The notes below the pieces were generated by a model. It had not been told where the DNA came from. It was given only the letters and a program-made list of their open reading frames with translations, and ran no database searches. From the NCBI RefSeq assembly GCF_009914755.1, contig NC_060927.1: a stretch of 64,000 nucleotides of DNA; one strand, given 5' to 3'. Positions 1-12,140 of this stretch are shown piece after piece. Made by a program: the position numbers and the translations under genes. The number at the start of each line of letters is the position of its first letter. The stretch's first letter is position 1. The DNA comes from the human T2T-CHM13v2.0 reference genome, Homo sapiens.

Positions 1-857
1 CCTCTAGATCACATCAGCTGTGACAATAACCTCATCTGGACCTTGAATAGTTTGTTCATAAAACAAAGTAGGGTGACTGACCCAGTGCATATTCAACACA
101 GAGTATGAAGGCCAAAAGAAAATGACAATACCATTCAAAACAAGTTTGTGGAAATTTTAGACTAGTATATTAAAACCTTTCTTTGTCTCTATCACTTGAC
201 AGATGGTTAGCCTTCACACAGCCTAGTATCTCTGGCAAAGAAATGACTGTGTCTAGCCAATAACACCCCAAATTTTGACTTAAAATGCACTGTACACATG
301 CTTAGACTTACCTTACAAATATGAATATTAATAAACTTAGTCATGCTTACTTTATTACTATAAAAACTTGATAGATGTCAAGATTTCATCTTCTGCCGTT
401 AAAAATACCTTCTTGAAACTCAACTATCTTAGGTGGATATAAGGTTCCATGAACTCTGCACTTCAGATTTCATTCATTTCACAGGTTGGCTGGTAATCAT
501 GCTTAAAAAAATACTTCCAAAATAACACTTCATCCCAAAAATATAAAATTTATAGAAATTTAATTAGCTTGTGTTTCTATGCTATCCATAGGAAAGTTTT
601 GGTAACAAAGTGGCTTAAACAAAATCACCAGGGAACCCTGAATACACTCCATGTCAAGGACCACAGGCAGGACTGGAATTATTTATCCAGTATTGATATG
701 TCTTTATTCAAAAACTGCTCATTTATAAATATATACTCACACACACATGCAAACACACATCGATCAACCATCCTTACCAGAAAACAGGAAATGGTCTTAC
801 TTTTTAACATTCAATTAGCCATTCTTCCATTTTGCTCTTTAAAAAAAATTCAACTGA

Positions 858-1154
858 GGCTGGGCACGGTGGCTCACACCTGTAATCCTAGCTCTTTGGG
901 AGGCCAAGGCAGGCAGATCACGAGGTCAGGAGATCAAGACCATCGTGGCCAACATGGTGAAACCCTGTCTCTACTAAAAATAACAAAAAAATTAGTAGGA
1001 CGTGGCTGTGCGCGCCTGTAGTCCCAGCTACTCAGGAGACTGAGGCAGGAGAATTGCTTGAATCTGGGAGGGGAGGCTGCAGCGGGCCAAGATTGTGCCA
1101 CTACACTCCAGCCTGGCGACAGAGCAAGACTCCATCAAAAAAAAAAAAAAAAAA
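858..1154 (+). mobile_element. Full-length Alu (AluSc-like)
   Basis: Dimeric Alu from GGCTGGGCACGGTGGCTCAC to a poly-A tail. Carries the CCTGGCGACAG Sc-type deletion. TSD AAAAAAAATTCAACTGA at 841-857 and 1147-1163. Confidence 0.95.
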
Positions 1155-1863
1155 TTCAACTGAAACAATGTATTCCATTAGTTATAAAGTCTGTTTCCTC
1201 CTAAATCTTCCTATTTATAGTTTTCAGATGCTGGCAAGTCCGTATACAAATAGCCAGAGGCAATCACAAACTGCTCTAAAGTGCATTAATATGTACCCTT
1301 CCTGGAAGAGGCTGATTATGTTCCAAATTAGCATAAATAGAGATCTAATGTAGGTATAAGCGTGACAAACCCTCCACGGCACAGGATGGGAGGGCTGGAG
1401 GAGGGAGGATTGTATTAAAAAAAGTTATTCCACTTAAGAACTAAACTTGTATTTGGCTAACAAAGTAAGACTCACCATGACAGATGGGAAAAAAAATTAA
1501 AAAGGAAAAACTGTTATTTGAGAACTATGAACTAGGTTTTGGAAAGGTGAGACACCCACTACTTGAAGTCACAATCTCAGCATTAAATCATATACTCATT
1601 TAACCAGGTACCAACTTTCCTTCTATTAGAAACCCAGGATTTTTACACCTACAGACTAAATGATTAAAGTATTGCTAAAATCTTCTGTAATGTTCCTCTT
1701 GCATTACAAATAAGTCTATTAAAGCAGAAAAGTGCCAATCAAATGCTTTTGAAAAAATGGTTTAAATAACAAAGCATTTTTTGCAGGTCTCTCCTCTTTA
1801 ATGTCGCCTATAAACTAATTACAATAAATTTTCACCTTCTCTTGATAAAATCACAACTGAAAC

Positions 1864-1997
1864 TAGGCATGGTGGCATGCACCTTAGTCCCAGCTACTAG
1901 GAGGCTGAGGCAGGAGGGCGGATCACTTGAGCCCAGGAGTTAAAGTACAGCCTGGGCAATAAAAGGAGATTCCCATCTCAAAAAACGAAAAAGAAAC
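1864..1997 (+). mobile_element. Alu monomer (FLAM-like)
   Basis: Single 7SL-derived arm (GGCATGGTGGCATGCACC...TAGTCCCAGCTAC...GATCACTTGAGCCCAGGAGTT...CAGCCTGGGCAA) followed by an A-rich tail. Confidence 0.8.
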
Positions 1998-2468
1998 CCA
2001 GAACTGAAAAAGATTTAGGTACTTGATTTTTCAGATATGTTCCTAAAAACAAATCCCAACCAAAAATTAACAGATATTCTAGCTTTTGTTTTACCATACT
2101 TTGCTAACGGGATAATACTATGTAGGAATTTTATAGTAACTTTCAAGACACAAGATTTTTTTAATATAAAGCAACGTTTTATTAATTTCAAAGACATTAT
2201 TAAAATCATGAAAAAAATCCCTATCTGTTAAAATTACCAACTGAAATATATGGAGAAAGTTTCATGACAATAACAAAAGGTACAAATAAGAAATAAACTA
2301 AGATCTTTCTTTCCTATCACTGCCAACTGGTAAACACCTTCCTCCTTCTCAAACTTCTGTAGGCTCTTTCAAACTGTAGTTCCTAAGACAAGAAAGCAGC
2401 TAGGTTTTAAAGTTTCATTAAAAAATCTCCTCCCCTAACAATCTAAAATGCACAAAGTGTGTGTGACA

Positions 2469-2541
2469 TTAGAATGTAAGCTCCACAAGGGCAGGCAATT
2501 TTCTCTCTTGTTCATTATTACACTCCAAGTGTCTAGAACAA
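2469..2541 (+). mobile_element. L2 3'-end fragment
   Basis: TAGAATGTAAGCTCCACAAGGGCAGG...GTGTCTAGAACA resembles the L2 3' terminus. Confidence 0.65.
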
Positions 2542-2752
2542 TATGATAAATTTAACCATCCATTTCAGAAAAATATGATTATTTCAGAGACTAAAGCAAA
2601 GCCCATCAATCTCTACTTCCGTATTCCAAATGTTTTTGAAGAAGTCTCTGCTTGCCACTGATTCTGTGAAGTTATTCAAAATAATATGTAATTATTTTAT
2701 AAATTATAGATCGCAGGAACTTAGCTGTAGCTTTTATTGCCCTTCTAAAACA

Positions 2753-2839
2753 ACCTAATTATTCAGACTGGCCTTTTTTTCTAGAAAGTCCAATTTACCT
2801 AATTATTCAGACTAGCCTTTTTACTAGAAAGTCCAATTT
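2753..2839. repeat. Two-copy tandem duplication (44 + 43 bp)
   Basis: ACCTAATTATTCAGACT(G/A)GCCTTTTT..CTAGAAAGTCCAATTT occurs at 2753-2796 and 2797-2839. Confidence 0.9.
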
Positions 2840-3289
2840 GTCTAAAAAGTCTTCTGAAAACTTTCACTAATGCAACAAAAATGATTCGCTTAAAATATTT
2901 TTTCCTTAGATTTTCTTCCTATACCAAGTAGTCAAATTCTTATTAACAGGACAACAAGAGGAATTAGATGTTTGCGGGCCTCAAAAACTTTCTGATCCAA
3001 TTATAGAAGAAACTGGCATCACATCAACTGGTAGTTCTAAACACCCCCTTCCCCAATTATAGCCCTCACATGAAAGTTTCTCTTTCCTCTAGTATTCCAT
3101 TTAATCTCGTATTTTCTTTTAGTAGCTAGTCAATGTACACATGACCTATATGTGCATTTTCTTGGTTTTGTAGTAATCTTAAAACACGGGCCTAGATGGG
3201 TAAGCATAAAGACTTCTTCCTGGAAATGGATAAAATTTGACAATTTTTAACCTGATACTTTCTTTAGCTTGTTAAAATTAGGACCTCAC

Positions 3290-3384
3290 CGTGAAAGGGC
3301 ATATTGCTGTGGAGGCTGGTAGGCAGCAAACTTGTCACCTGATCTTCATATGCACAAGGCCTGTATTCCACTGGTCTATAAAAT
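3290..3384 (-). other. Candidate internal 5' exon of the minus-strand gene
   Basis: Minus-strand acceptor TTTTTGGTTTTATGATTTCAG (alternative TTTTATAG gives a start at 3375) and donor ACG|GTGAGG. Unique sequence, 86-95 nt, about 2.3 kb downstream of the CpG island. Confidence 0.5.
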
Positions 3385-3813
3385 CTGAAATCATAAAACC
3401 AAAAATATCCAATTGCCCAACTCACTGAGCAGCTAATATAGTTCTAGAAATCTCACTTTTCTTCTTCTCACCTGTTTACTTCAACACCATGTGTCCCCAA
3501 ACCTAAGGCCCTCCAAAATTGAGCTCCATAAAAATCAAAACCCCAATCTTGAAAATTAAGCCTTGAGTACTGAACAGTTACATCAGCAATTCCTCAAGGG
3601 CAATTTCAAAAGCTTTCCTGGGAGACTACTGGAAAGATGGCACAGGGATATCACCATGCACTATGTGTGCAACAACTTTGATATATTCTAAGAATCACAA
3701 AGAACAAAGGCATGAAAATCAATGTAATTTTTTTTCTTTCACTAGAAAAATACAGATTCTTCATTTTAAAGCAAAAAAGCAAAAAGTAGCCACATCTTGA
3801 CTGGACAAACTTA

Positions 3814-4155
3814 CAGTTGACCCTCAGTATCCATGGGAGATTGGTTCTGGGACCTCTCTAGGAAACCAAAATCCACAGATGCTCAAGTCCCTTACATAAA
3901 ATAGTGTAGTATTTGCATTTAACCTAATCACATTCTCCCACATACTTTAAATCATCTCTAGGTTACTTATAACACCTAATACAAGTAAATGCCATGTATT
4001 AATAAATCGTTGTTACACTGTATTGTTTAGGGAATTGTGGCAAGAAAAAAACTATATATATTCTATTCCATCTATTCCCCCACACCCAAAATATTTTTGA
4101 TCTGCAGCTGGTTAAATCCACAGATGCAGAACCCAGGCACAGGAAGGGCTGACTG
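3814..4155 (+). mobile_element. MER2-like TcMar-Tigger non-autonomous DNA transposon
   Basis: TA|CAGTTGACCCTC ... GAAGGGCTGACTG|TA terminal inverted repeats with TA target duplication. Interior matches the recalled MER2 consensus. Confidence 0.85.
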
Positions 4156-5454
4156 TATGTGACCGGGAGTGGAGGGGGATCTATATAAATATTTCCACAA
4201 AATAGCAAAGGGTACTTGGGATTGGGAGCATGAACAGAAATGAAAACAAACCATTATAAATTTAAAGATGACTGGTTATCACTTAAATTTAGTGTCTACA
4301 GCTATTTATTTATAAAATGGTAATTGTGTTTTAAAACTTTCAATGGCAACAAGTTACAACAGTAACTTCAGAATAGCGTTCACTTGAAAACATTGGGTGA
4401 ATGGCCTCTATAATTTTTTTAGCTGAAATGTATACACCGCCACGCAGTGAGGAAACTTGACTTTAGCACCCTTTTGGTATTTTTAATAGAAAAAACAGTG
4501 GAGAAGATTTTCACATGTCTAGAAAGGTAACATGTTCAACTTAGGTTTGGCCAATGCTGATTCTGAGGACAGTACTACACCCGCAAGCTTCCAAACTACT
4601 TCCTGATTCATTCAGATTTTCATTGGAGAGCTGTCATCCTGCTACTGACCTCATTCAACCCAGTTCGGAGTGAGAGATCAGCGGATTACCGCGCTAGGTA
4701 CCGTAGCTGTACGCCATATTGTGTTTTTCGCTAATGTTTAGTTTGTGTGTGTGCCTAGCATATGTTTGTGCAAGTGTGTTTATCAATAGAACTTTTAGAA
4801 AATCCCTGCCTCCTGCCTCTTCAGCATCCTTAAAAAGGATAACAGCTGGGGGCGGGGGGTGGGGGGAGGACCCAAAAGCCACACAGACAGGAATACATTA
4901 AACAGTGTACGAGAGACGGCATTTGTTTTAAACTTTCAAGAACCTTCCAACCATTTTTATATCAGGAATCAAAAAGTGTTAACATGTTTTAATGTTTCCG
5001 AAGTGGCCCAAAGAAGAGAAAGAAGGAAAGGTGTGTCTTCCCTTCCCAAGCCCCCTCCTCTCTAGTCGTAGAAGCGAAGCAGGCGGGGGCCGGGAGCTCC
5101 GGCGTCTGGAGAGACATCCAGCGGCTGTGGGGCCAGGACACCTCCTGCCCCCCAGTTCTCTGAAGACGCTCCAGAGACCGCGAGAGCCACGGCAAGCGGG
5201 GGAGGGCGAGGAGGGAGGGGGCAGAAGACAAGCGGGCGCCTCTAGCAGCTCCTGAGCCCCGGCTAGTCCCCCTCAGCTCCTCTTCTTGGAAGCAGCGGCT
5301 CCAGGCGCAGGGAGTAGAGAGAAGAAGGCAGAAGACACGTTTCCAGCTGCGGGACGTCCCGCCCGCCCCGCCACCCTTCGACCCTCCCGCGCCTCCCTCC
5401 CACCTCCCCGCCGGGTCGGGCGAGGCAGCCGCCGGGCGCTAAGAAGGGCGCCGG

Positions 5455-5500
5455 GGGAGGGGGCGCGGGCGGGGCGGGGCGGGGCGGGGCGCGGGGGCGC
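5455..5500 (+). promoter_or_regulatory. Tandem GC boxes (GGGGC)n; Sp/KLF sites with G-quadruplex potential
   Basis: GGGGAGGGGGCGCGGGCGGGGCGGGGCGGGGCGGGGCGCGGGGGCGC. Confidence 0.8.
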
Positions 5501-5695
5501 GCGCGCTCATCCAGCTCAGGGCCCGCTGGCTCGCCGCTCTGTAACTCGCTCCCCCAACCCCACCCCGCTCCCCTCCTTCCCAGTCCCGCCGCCCCCCACT
5601 CCAGGCGCCTCGCAGACGCCTCATCCCCCTCGGCACGCACACACTCCTCCCTCTCTCCCGCCCGTCCCACAACAAATTAGAGTTTGTGGCATTAC

Positions 5696-5770
5696 CTCCT
5701 CGCGCTCTTTAATCTTCTTTCCTCAACTCCTAAACTTCCCCCCGCCCCTACTTCTTCGGCAGAAGGCCCA
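5696..5770 (-). other. Candidate non-coding first exon (minus strand)
   Basis: Donor GAG|GTAATG at 5696/5695, just downstream (minus sense) of the CCAAT cluster. The 5' boundary is a guess. Confidence 0.45.
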
Positions 5771-5771
5771 C

Positions 5772-6221
5772 ATTGGACGCTTCACTCCGCGAACCCTCTA
5801 TCTCTCCCCGCTATAGGATAGCTCTCACGCCAATCTTGGCTTCAGTGAGCCAATGAGAATGGGACGCCCCTCGTGAGGTTGCCGCCCATAAACAAAATGC
5901 ACTCTTCCTTCTCCCCTCCGCCCCCCCGTCCCCGCCCCTTTCTTCCTCTTCCCTCATCTCTGTCACCTTCGATTGGGCTAAAAGAGGCCCAATCCGCTAT
6001 CTCAAACATCCATTGGGACGCGGAAACTTCGCTCAGAGAAGTATTAACAGGCGATTGGTGGACAATCCTTCCACTTCGCCCACCCCCACAACCCCCTCCC
6101 CCCGCCGCACCTTCACCCTTTCTGAAAAGGTCAATCGTATCTCGTTGTTCAGTGATCCGGGAGGTGGAAGGCTATTGGTTCAGGGAGCCCGTCAGACCGG
6201 ACTGGAGTGAGCCATGATTGG
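5772..6221. promoter_or_regulatory. Cluster of nine CCAAT/ATTGG (NF-Y-type) boxes
   Basis: Pentamers start at 5772, 5830, 5850, 5972, 5989, 6012, 6054, 6174 and 6217, in both orientations. Confidence 0.8.
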
Positions 6222-7704
6222 TCGACACAGGCGCAATCAGGTTAGGTTGCTTACTCCTCCGCTCCTCCCTCCTTTTCCTCCACGCCCCATCTCCCCCACC
6301 CCCTACTGCTTTTACTTTCTACGCATTTCTATTTCCTCCTTTATTTATTTATTTGTGATAAACTTAAATGACCCGGCGACGGAGGCGGTACTCTAGGAGA
6401 AGGCTGAGGATGACGAGCGGCGGCCTGGGGCCAATTGCCGAGAGGGCTGCGGGGTGAGGGGCAGCGGCGGTGGCCAGTGAGAGGCAGGTGTCTGGAGCGC
6501 GCTGGGCCTGTGGAGCCGGGATGCCCCAGCGGAGGCGGCGGTTACCCGCTGTCTGGCGCGGCGAGCTGCGCCGGGGGAGCCGCGGGAGCGGAGAGGGGGG
6601 TGTCGCTGTCTTGGACAGCTGAGGCAGCGGGATGGAGGCTGGATCCCGGGCGGTGGGTGGGAAAGCCGGAGGGAGGGTCTGGCTGGCGGCAGCGCGCAAG
6701 GCCGCACCGGGTCACGCTTGATTCCCGCGGAATGGGGCGCAGGTTGCCAGACCGGGTCCCCAGTGCTAGGGCTCAAGGAAGAATTTGTTCATGCAGAAGA
6801 TTTAGAAAAATACTATGTAAAAGAGTTTGGAGTAAGCCTCCCTTAATATAAATGAGATTTATTATCCTGCCGGAAAAAGCAGATTATGTTTCTTATTACT
6901 GAACGCCTGAAGTACCAACGACTCAACCAGAGCCCACAGAATTCAATATCCTGGGTGGTAAAAGGAACAAATAAAGCAACACGGAAAATTAAGTGTGGTT
7001 CAAATGCTTCAATAAAATCTTCGTCCTCAACCATTTGTCATTCAACATAGCACTCCCCAGAGCCAAATTCTTACCAAATATTGGTCCAGTACTCAGGCAT
7101 TGGAGAAAAAAATGAGGCTGAAGTCCAGCAGGAAGCCCAGGATAGATTCCTAAAAAGGATTTCTTACAAGGGCCAAGATGGGAGGGTTGGGGAAATCGCT
7201 TTTCACTATACAAAGAAAAAAAAATAATTACTGCCAAACTAAGTTGCACTTTTTTAGGCAGCTGATATAGCAATATTTTGTCACAAAATAAGAGACTTTA
7301 TCAAAAATACCATGCATGCAAAGAATACACTGTACTTGGGATTTGAAAATGACATTGTTTCTAGGACATGGATTTGATGTATAATTTCCAATAGACTTAA
7401 GTCATCTGGATTTTAACCCAGGCTTCTTTGGAACGTACAGCATGCTTTCACATAAGATGCCTGGTTAGAGGTCTTTGACAGAAACTAAGCAAAATAAATT
7501 GGCCCTGGTGAAAAAAAAAAAAGTAAGGGCCTTGACCTCATTAATACTATTAAAGCTATCTTGTGAGGATTATATGTATGAGGCTTTGAGAATCCAGAAA
7601 ATTACTGTGTGTGGTGTCAATTTTGAAGTCTGGGAATTGCTAGTGAGTTTGGAAGCCAAAACACTTTTAAACTTATATATAAATCTTAGCTAAAAAGTGA
7701 TATT

Positions 7705-8017
7705 GACTGGGTGCAGCTGCTCACACCTGTAATCCCAACACTTTAGGAGGCCAAGACAGGCGGAACACTTGAGGTCAGGAATTTGAGAGTAGCGTGGCCA
7801 ACCTGGTGAAACCCCGTCTCTACTAAAAAATACAAAAATTAGCCGGATGTGGTGGCGCACACCCGTAATCCTAGCCACTAGGGAGACTGAGGCAGGAAAA
7901 ATCGCTGGAACTCGAGGCAGAGCTTGCAGTGAGGCGAGATCGCACCACTGTACTCCAGCCTGGTGACAGAGCAAGACCCTGTCTCACAAAAAAAGAAAAA
8001 AATGAAAAAGAAAAAAA
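7705..8017 (+). mobile_element. Full-length Alu (AluS)
   Basis: Dimeric Alu with A-rich tail, flanked by an AAAAAGTGAT direct repeat. Confidence 0.93.
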
Positions 8018-8404
8018 GTGATTTAGTAAGAATAATAAGTATTCCATACAGAACAATCAGCAGCGCATGAGAAAAATCAGTAAAATTTAACATTGGCGTT
8101 CACACAGTTACTCCTATAACTTCTCCAAGGAGCAATGACCACTCCTTCCAAGTCATTCTTAAAACTTGTTGTTTTCAACAAAATTTTAAAGGTATTATTC
8201 AACCTATTGGCATGAGAGTTAAGATTATGATAGGGCACACTAGGAAAGCAATGCAAGATATTCTAATTCAAATAATAATGATAAGGTGAAGCCCTAGGTA
8301 TTACTGCCCCTATTTAAGGTAGTAGTTATGTCCTGTTCGTGTGATATTAGAAACTGGAATTAGAATCTTTCTGCCTCTAAGAAATCCCTCAATTTTCATA
8401 TTTA

Positions 8405-8741
<337 letters not shown>

Positions 8742-8919
8742 GGAAGGGAAGATGATGAAGAAGGCAAGATTGATAAAAAATGAAAATACAAGTGACTGCT
8801 TAGAGAAGAATTTTAAGACTTTTATACTTCTTTTAGTCCATTAGTCTACCTATTGCCTTCACAGATTATAGTTTACAGTTCCCAAGGCTCCAGAAGAGGC
8901 CAAACTAGTAGCAAATGTA

Positions 8920-9015
8920 ATCTACTTACGTTACTAATGAGGACACAGACTTCGAATACTTTATCCAGCGTCACAAGTAGCAGAGCTTGTTTTCAAACTC
9001 AAGTCTGTCTGCCTC
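8920..9015 (-). mobile_element. MIR fragment
   Basis: Degenerate reverse-complement MIR core (AATGAGGACACAGAC...GTCACAAGTAGCAGAGC...TTCAAACTCAAGTCTGTCTG). Confidence 0.55.
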
Positions 9016-9360
9016 TTTCCACTATACTATTTACTCATTCAACAAGTACTAAGTGTGTATCTTCATACTAACTATAATTATTGGACATTTAAGATGCCAG
9101 GAACTTAGCAACTAAGCAGAAGAATTGGCATTTTTCTCCAAAGACTTGACTGTGTCTTGGAAGAGAGAAATAAAGGGATGAATTATGCTGCATACACATA
9201 TGGCATATACAGCACAGGAATACATAGCAAAGAATGCCTAACTCTTAAGCAGCTGAAAATATTTGTAACACCCTGAACTGATCACTATACTGAATTCAAA
9301 AGTTAATCAAATCAAGTCTTGCTCCCCAGGGACTTAGATTTTAATAAGGGCGCTAATGAG

Positions 9361-9494
9361 ACATATATATGTGTGTGTGTGTGTGTATATATATATATAC
9401 ATATACACACTACATATGTATACATGTATACATATGTAGTGTGTGTATATGTATATATATATATACACACACACACACATATATATATATACAC
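9361..9494. repeat. Compound TA/TG/CA microsatellite forming a ~126 bp near-perfect palindrome
   Basis: 9441-9479 is the exact reverse complement of 9372-9410. The core 9405-9444 is a perfect palindrome centred on CATG at 9423-9426. Confidence 0.92.
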
Positions 9495-10229
9495 TAGCCA
9501 AATGGAAAGAATAATAGAATAAATAGTACACCTTGAAGAGTGGAAGTACAAAATCAGGGAAGCAGTAACTTTTGAGATTTTTTTTTCAGTATCTGTTAGA
9601 GAATTTTCCATCCATACACACACACAACCACATATGAAATACATGTCACTTCATATTTTTGCCATTTGCCTAAAGACAGGTACTACTTTTCTATACATGA
9701 GCTCATTAATAACCTGAGCAGATAACAGCCAATAAAACAATATTAAAGGAAAAAGTCTTTTCGTAATGAAAGAAAATTGAATTAGACCTCAAAATTTGTC
9801 AGAAAAATGTGCAAAAAATTAAAATTAGACAATTTACATCCAAAGCAACTTAAAAGAGGTTTCTATAAATCCTTGTGTAATTCAGATGTGAGACAAGTTA
9901 TTCTGCACCTGGAAACTTATATAAAATTTGCCTTTAACCTCCAAATCCACATTATGGTAGAAATCTGAGGCCCTTATTTCACTGGATTTGCAGGGGCTTA
10001 TGTTTTCCTGGTTTTCTGTACACCCACATTTTCATTTCCATTCAGTTTTCTCTTCTACACCAAGCCATTGATTTACATGGGAAATTCACATCAGAACCAA
10101 GATCGGTTTCAAACAAACCCTCACTCACATAATGAGAATATAATGGAATTGACTGAAGAATGAGATGTTATAGAAAGGAAAATAGGAGAAAAGGAAAAAG
10201 AAAAGATGAAATTTATTAATGGTGAGGTA

Positions 10230-10430
10230 TACTGATTAGATGAACGGAACATGGAAACAGAACAGAACCCAGAAATCAGTTCATGCATAAATGTCAGTTT
10301 GGTTATGTTACAGATTGGCAACACAGATTACTGGGAGAAAAGAGACTATTCAATACGTGGTACTGGGGAAATGGAAGAACAAAGAACTTGGATCTTTAGT
10401 TTATACAGCATACACAAATCAATTTTAGGT
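10230..10430 (+). mobile_element. Old L1M ORF2 fragment
   Basis: GAACAGAACCCAGAAAT...CTATTCAATACGTGGTACTGGGGAAA resembles degenerate L1 ORF2 3' sequence. Confidence 0.55.
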
Positions 10431-10739
10431 ACTTTAGGAACTAGATTATGTGTTCAATCTGTAAATAGAAGGTAGGAACTGTAATTAGTAGTTCTACTGG
10501 AATTACATAAGTGGATTTGGGGAGGAGCAGTCCGTGAAAGGAGCACAGGATAAATAAAACAAATGTCCAGCATAACAAAGGCCCAGGGACTTTCTTAAGA
10601 CCCAGCTGTGCCTAAGACCAGCTGTAACCCCTGTAATTCCTATTACCACAAGCCAATGACATTTCTTTCAGTTGGTTAGGATTGTTTGAATTGGGTTTGT
10701 ATCACTTGGAATTTGACATTTGTAAGTCTTAGTTGATGT

Positions 10740-11952
10740 CTATAAATAATTGTACAGTTTTATTTACGTAGATGTACAGTGTTTCAAAATCATTATAAAT
10801 GTTTTACAGTTTTTTTTTACACAATTGTAAAAAGGAGATTTTTTCCATTACATTTTCTCTTACTGCTCCTGTGTGAGAAAACTTATTTTTACATAAAAAT
10901 TTTGTATCCATACATCTTTATGAACTTTTATTACTTATCATTTATTAGTTGATTCTCTTGGTTGTTGACATCCATTTTGTCTCCTAATGGTGATAGTTTT
11001 TTTCTCTCTTTTCAGTGTTTGTTACCTATTGTTTTTTTTCTTATTTTGTTGGTGATATGGTTTGGCTGTCTGTCCCCACTCCAATCTCATCTGGTAACTC
11101 CCATACTTCACACGTGTTATGGGAGGTAGCCGGTGGGAGATGATTGAATCATTGGGGTGGGTCTTTTCCCTGCTGTTCTCATGATAGTGAATGGGTCTCA
11201 CAAGATCCAATGGTGTCAAAAATGGGAGTTTCTCTGCACAAGCTCTCTCTTTGCCTACAGCCATCCATGTAAGATGTTACTTACTCCTCCTTGCCTTCCA
11301 CCATGATTGTGAGGCCTCCCCAGCCATGTGGAACTGTAAGTCTCATTAAACCTTTTTCTTTGGTAAATTGCAGAGTCTTGGGTATGTCTTTATCAGCAGC
11401 ATGGAAACGGACTAATACAGTTGGCCAGAACTGCAGAGTATTGACTAGTATTTATGGGAGTATGCATCTTTGTCTTATTTCTGAATTTTTGATATCACAT
11501 CTCTAAGTAGTTTTTGGCTGAAAATTTGATTAAAAGTTTCTATATATTCACAGCTTGCATTGTATTTTAAAAATTACCAATGAATATTAAATTTTATCAA
11601 ATACTTTTTCTAAATGTATAAAATAAACATAATTATTATTTATTCTGTTAATAGACTGAATTATAATGATAGATTTACTGATGAACCATCCTTCCATTCC
11701 TAGATAAAACTCTTTAGTTTTATTACTATTTTAATGAGTATGTGTTTAATTTACTAATATTTTTATTTTGGAATTTGCTGACTTTATAAGTGAGATTGAG
11801 TTCCTAAGTGGGATGGACCTGTGCAATCTTCATCCAATTTTGGGATTTGTATTAGGCTAGCTTCATAGAATTAGTCAGGAGAATTTTGTCATGTACAGTG
11901 CTCTCGAGCTGATAAAGCTCATCTGTAAAACCATCTTGGCCAATGGGCTTTC

Positions 11953-11987
<35 letters not shown>

Positions 11988-12140
11988 ACATCTTGTCTTC
12001 TTAATTCTATAGTTTTTGGTCACCGTAATTTTCAATCTCTTTCTGAGTCCTTTTAATCATTTAATTTTTCTTAGAAACATATTCCTTTTTTTCTAGATTG
12101 TCAAATTTATTTATATAAAATCTGCATAGTTATTTTAGTT
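10740..12140 (-). mobile_element. Old L1M (ME/MC-type) fragment, interrupted by THE1B
   Basis: T-rich degenerate antisense L1 ORF2 phrases (GATTCTCTTGG, GAACCATCCTTCCATTCCTAGATAAA, TCTAGATTGTCAAATTTATT). Confidence 0.6.
11053..11419 (+). mobile_element. THE1B solo LTR (ERVL-MaLR)
   Basis: TGATATGGTTTGGCTG...GGACTAATACA with a perfect 5-bp TSD GTTGG (11048-11052 and 11420-11424). Confidence 0.92.

Larger units (their letters stand above)
5060..6770. promoter_or_regulatory. CpG-island promoter, probably bidirectional
   Basis: About 1.7 kb of very high GC with abundant unmutated CpG in an otherwise CpG-poor window. Repeat-free, with GC boxes and many CCAAT boxes. Confidence 0.95.

Noticed and set aside
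569-1353. 150 aa and 99 aa ORFs
   Set aside because: Largely Alu-derived translation ([10 protein letters not shown]..., CHYTPAW).
306-1480. Strong minus-strand donors (AAG|GTAAGT at ~312, CTG|GTAAGG at ~778, ATG|GTGAGT at ~1476)
   Set aside because: I found no convincing paired acceptor at exon-like distance, so they cannot support exon calls.
5060-6770. Assigning a gene name to the promoter
   Set aside because: No coding exon is confidently visible and I do not recognise the UTR sequence; a genome alignment is needed.
5263-6851. Overlapping 110-176 aa ORFs in the CpG island
   Set aside because: Pro/Arg/Gly/Ala-rich low-complexity frames on both strands are expected from stop-codon scarcity in GC-rich DNA. 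No recognisable protein.
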